NCBI GenBank assembly: GCA_040954595.2
Contig: CM082584.2
Coordinates: forward strand, 5,336,110-5,400,109
Reading direction: 5' to 3'
Source of the DNA: Balanoglossus misakiensis
Lineage: Eukaryota; Animalia; Hemichordata
Length of the DNA stretch: 64,000 bases
The position numbers and the translations under genes are program-made. Of the stretch, positions 63,901-64,000 are shown piece after piece; the stretch's first letter is position 1; each line of letters begins with the position of its first letter. Under the pieces are notes generated by a model. The model was not told where the DNA came from and searched no databases. It saw nothing but the letters and a program-made list of their open reading frames with translations.

Positions 63901-64000
63901 ATTCTTGACAATTCGTTCCAGTGTACGGCAGATTGCAAATACACGTGTATGAGGAGTAACCTTGATCAACGCACTGACCTCCGTTGATGCATGGATTGGA
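45821..64000 (-). CDS. EYS: Eyes shut homolog (EYS)-like EGF/laminin-G protein, 5' incomplete; 27 exons, about 1650 aa, stop TAA at 45821-45823
   Basis: 13 EGF repeats, then LamG1-2EGF-LamG2-2EGF-LamG3-1EGF-LamG4-2EGF-LamG5, ending [12 protein letters not shown] with no transmembrane helix. All junctions are GT-AG and in phase (4953 nt in total). O-glucose (CxSxPC) and O-fucose (CxxxxTC) consensus sites are present. Confidence 0.8.
46271..46389 (-). CDS. EYS: EYS-like exon (LamG5)
   Basis: [12 protein letters not shown]...[10 protein letters not shown]; cag and gtaaga sites. Confidence 0.88.
47147..47371 (-). CDS. EYS: EYS-like exon (LamG5)
   Basis: [13 protein letters not shown]...[21 protein letters not shown]...WYNINVQ; cag and gtaagc sites. 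Confidence 0.9.
47392..47694. mobile_element. Kolobok-like TTAA MITE family C; related copies at about 42945-43237 and 24549-24655
   Basis: TTAA-AGCTCCATTAGCTGTAACGTTT ... AAACGTTACAGCTAATGTCCCT-TTAA; the interior matches 43040-43235. Confidence 0.72.
48080..48149 (-). CDS. EYS: EYS-like exon (LamG5 start, 70 nt)
   Basis: [23 protein letters not shown]; tag and gtaaga sites. Needed for phase continuity. Confidence 0.88.
48370..48504 (-). CDS. EYS: EYS-like exon (EGF)
   Basis: [22 protein letters not shown]...TGPTCSE; cag and gtaagt sites. Confidence 0.9.
49077..49271 (-). CDS. EYS: EYS-like exon (LamG4 end and EGF)
   Basis: [11 protein letters not shown]...[13 protein letters not shown]...CLCPQGYT; cag and gtaaaa sites. 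Confidence 0.9.
49830..50063 (-). CDS. EYS: EYS-like exon (LamG4)
   Basis: [25 protein letters not shown]...YLGGVP...IDR; cag and gtaagt sites. Confidence 0.9.
50458..50664 (-). CDS. EYS: EYS-like exon (LamG4)
   Basis: [17 protein letters not shown]...NGILLWN...FVFNLRS; tag and gtaagt sites. Confidence 0.9.
51200..51386 (-). CDS. EYS: EYS-like exon (LamG3 end and EGF)
   Basis: [39 protein letters not shown]...QCTI; tag and gtaatt sites. Confidence 0.9.
51553..51757. mobile_element. Kolobok-like TTAA MITE family B, copy 1
   Basis: TTAA-AGGTATACGGTCA ... TGACCATATAC(...)CT-TTAA; reverse-complement match to 60889-61083 over about 200 bp. Confidence 0.72.
52145..52392 (-). CDS. EYS: EYS-like exon (LamG3)
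   Basis: [24 protein letters not shown]...LYVGGVP...[10 protein letters not shown]; cag and gtaatt sites. Confidence 0.92.
52909..53121 (-). CDS. EYS: EYS-like exon (LamG3)
   Basis: [17 protein letters not shown]...DGFLLY...VRMNL; cag and gtaatt sites. Confidence 0.9.
53381..53569. mobile_element. Tc1/mariner-like MITE with TA target-site duplication
   Basis: TA-CTGTAAAACACTTTATTTTCGC ... GCGAAAATAAAGTGTTTTACAG-TA: perfect 22 bp inverted repeat. Confidence 0.82.
53586..53866 (-). CDS. EYS: EYS-like exon (LamG2 end and 2 EGF); alternative in-frame start possible at 53860
   Basis: [31 protein letters not shown]...QYCNQTQ; gcag and gtaatc sites. Confidence 0.9.
54381..54545 (-). CDS. EYS: EYS-like exon (LamG2)
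   Basis: [23 protein letters not shown]...[10 protein letters not shown]; cag and gtaagt sites. Confidence 0.88.
54979..55087 (-). CDS. EYS: EYS-like exon (LamG2)
   Basis: [36 protein letters not shown]; tag and gttagt sites. Confidence 0.85.
55405..55496 (-). mobile_element. MITE family A copy 5
   Basis: TTAA-CCATTCCACC...GGTGAAAGGG-TTAA. Confidence 0.78.
55529..55744 (-). CDS. EYS: EYS-like exon (LamG2)
   Basis: [17 protein letters not shown]...DGLLLF...FEFNL; cag and gtaaga sites. Confidence 0.9.
56187..56295. repeat. Degenerate pentanucleotide repeat (CAGTA/CAGTG/CACTA)n
   Basis: Read directly from the sequence. Confidence 0.8.
56345..56513 (-). CDS. EYS: EYS-like exon (EGF)
   Basis: [34 protein letters not shown]...LCEI; tag and gtaagt sites. 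Confidence 0.9.
56773..56952 (-). CDS. EYS: EYS-like exon (LamG1 end and EGF)
   Basis: [19 protein letters not shown]...[26 protein letters not shown]; cag and gtagtc sites. Confidence 0.88.
57472..57716 (-). CDS. EYS: EYS-like exon (LamG1)
   Basis: [17 protein letters not shown]...VYVGGVPT; cag and gtaggt sites. Confidence 0.9.
58148..58294 (-). CDS. EYS: EYS-like exon (LamG1 start)
   Basis: [16 protein letters not shown]...[13 protein letters not shown]; cag and gtaaat sites. Confidence 0.9.
58490..58595. mobile_element. Interspersed repeat family D fragment with a Kolobok-like end (GCTAGATGGGGCT-TTAA); related copy at about 50283-50400
   Basis: CATGGGTATTAGAATCT...ATTCAAAATGGT.TCGTCT is shared by both loci. 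Confidence 0.5.
58592..58684 (-). mobile_element. MITE family A copy 6
   Basis: TTAA-CCCTTTCAC...GATGAAAGGG-TTAA. Confidence 0.8.
58709..58877 (-). CDS. EYS: EYS-like exon (EGF)
   Basis: [33 protein letters not shown]...YCEQ; tag and gtaggt sites. Confidence 0.88.
59155..59315 (-). CDS. EYS: EYS-like exon (EGF)
   Basis: [54 protein letters not shown]; tag and gtaagt sites. Confidence 0.9.
59719..59972 (-). CDS. EYS: EYS-like exon (EGF, including a 4-Cys truncated EGF)
   Basis: [14 protein letters not shown]...[25 protein letters not shown]; cag and gtaagt sites. Confidence 0.88.
60889..61083. mobile_element. Kolobok-like TTAA MITE family B, copy 2
   Basis: TTAA-AAGTATGCGGTCACCT ... AGGTGACCGTATACCT-TTAA inverted termini. 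Confidence 0.75.
61080..61172 (+). mobile_element. MITE family A copy 7
   Basis: TTAA-CCCTTTCACCACCA...TGGTGGTGAAAGGG-TTAA. Confidence 0.82.
61591..61687 (-). CDS. EYS: EYS-like exon (calcium-binding-type EGF)
   Basis: [32 protein letters not shown]; cag and gtcagt sites. Confidence 0.9.
61940..62178 (-). CDS. EYS: EYS-like exon (EGF)
   Basis: [26 protein letters not shown]...CMCLS; tag and gtaggt sites. Confidence 0.9.
62485..62609 (-). CDS. EYS: EYS-like exon (EGF)
   Basis: [41 protein letters not shown]; cag and gtaagt sites. Confidence 0.9.
62979..63094 (-). CDS. EYS: EYS-like exon (EGF)
   Basis: [39 protein letters not shown]; tag and gtaagt sites. Confidence 0.9.
63139..63178 (+). 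mobile_element. MITE family A truncated copy
   Basis: TTAACCCTTTCACCCCAGTTCCCTCATTAGAGGTTCAACC; left part only. Confidence 0.65.
63237..63677. mobile_element. Tc1/mariner-like MITE with TA target-site duplication and an internal tandem repeat of about 128 bp
   Basis: TA-CAGTGCAGCTTAGGAATAGCTTTCCAA ... TTGGAAAGCTATTCCTAAGCTGCACTG-TA: perfect 27 bp inverted repeat. ACACAGTGTTAGCCTGTGTGTTCCAAG... occurs twice. Confidence 0.85.
63724..64000 (-). CDS. EYS: EYS-like exon, EGF repeats, continues past the window edge
   Basis: [10 protein letters not shown]...[14 protein letters not shown]...CLIDSL; G|gtaaga donor. Confidence 0.9.

Noticed and set aside
45821-64000. Alternative identities Crumbs, Notch, agrin or neurexin
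   Set aside because: There is no transmembrane or cytoplasmic tail and no LNR or ankyrin repeats. Five terminal LamG domains with interspersed EGFs fit EYS best.

Overview
This is intron-rich, AT-rich animal DNA; an invertebrate deuterostome such as a hemichordate or echinoderm is my inference only. It holds two spliced genes, both on the minus strand, which I reconstructed by hand from GT/AG sites with consistent reading phase. (1) A GLIS3/GLIS1-type five-C2H2-finger transcription factor with coding exons 33980-34020, 32972-33339, 10940-12483, 7835-7996, 5197-5307, 4547-4730 and 2083-2236. It has a 20.5 kb intron and its 3' end lies left of the window. (2) The 3' part of an eyes-shut (EYS)-like protein: 27 exons from 45821 to beyond 64000, about 1650 aa, with an EGF array and five laminin-G domains separated by EGFs and no C-terminal transmembrane segment. 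Non-coding DNA carries several miniature DNA-transposon (MITE) families: piggyBac-like and Kolobok-like (TTAA), Harbinger-like (TAA) and Tc1/mariner-like (TA). It also has a foldback element, a tRNA-derived SINE head, local tandem duplications and microsatellites. I found no prokaryotic-type system or CRISPR array and cannot claim a new biological system. The best leads are a GLIS-type site in the GLIS promoter, duplicated DR4 nuclear-receptor elements and RFX X-boxes in GLIS introns, piggyBac MITEs sharing the terminal TTAA of Kolobok-like MITEs, and an EYS architecture lacking the Ser/Thr spacer with one 4-Cys EGF.
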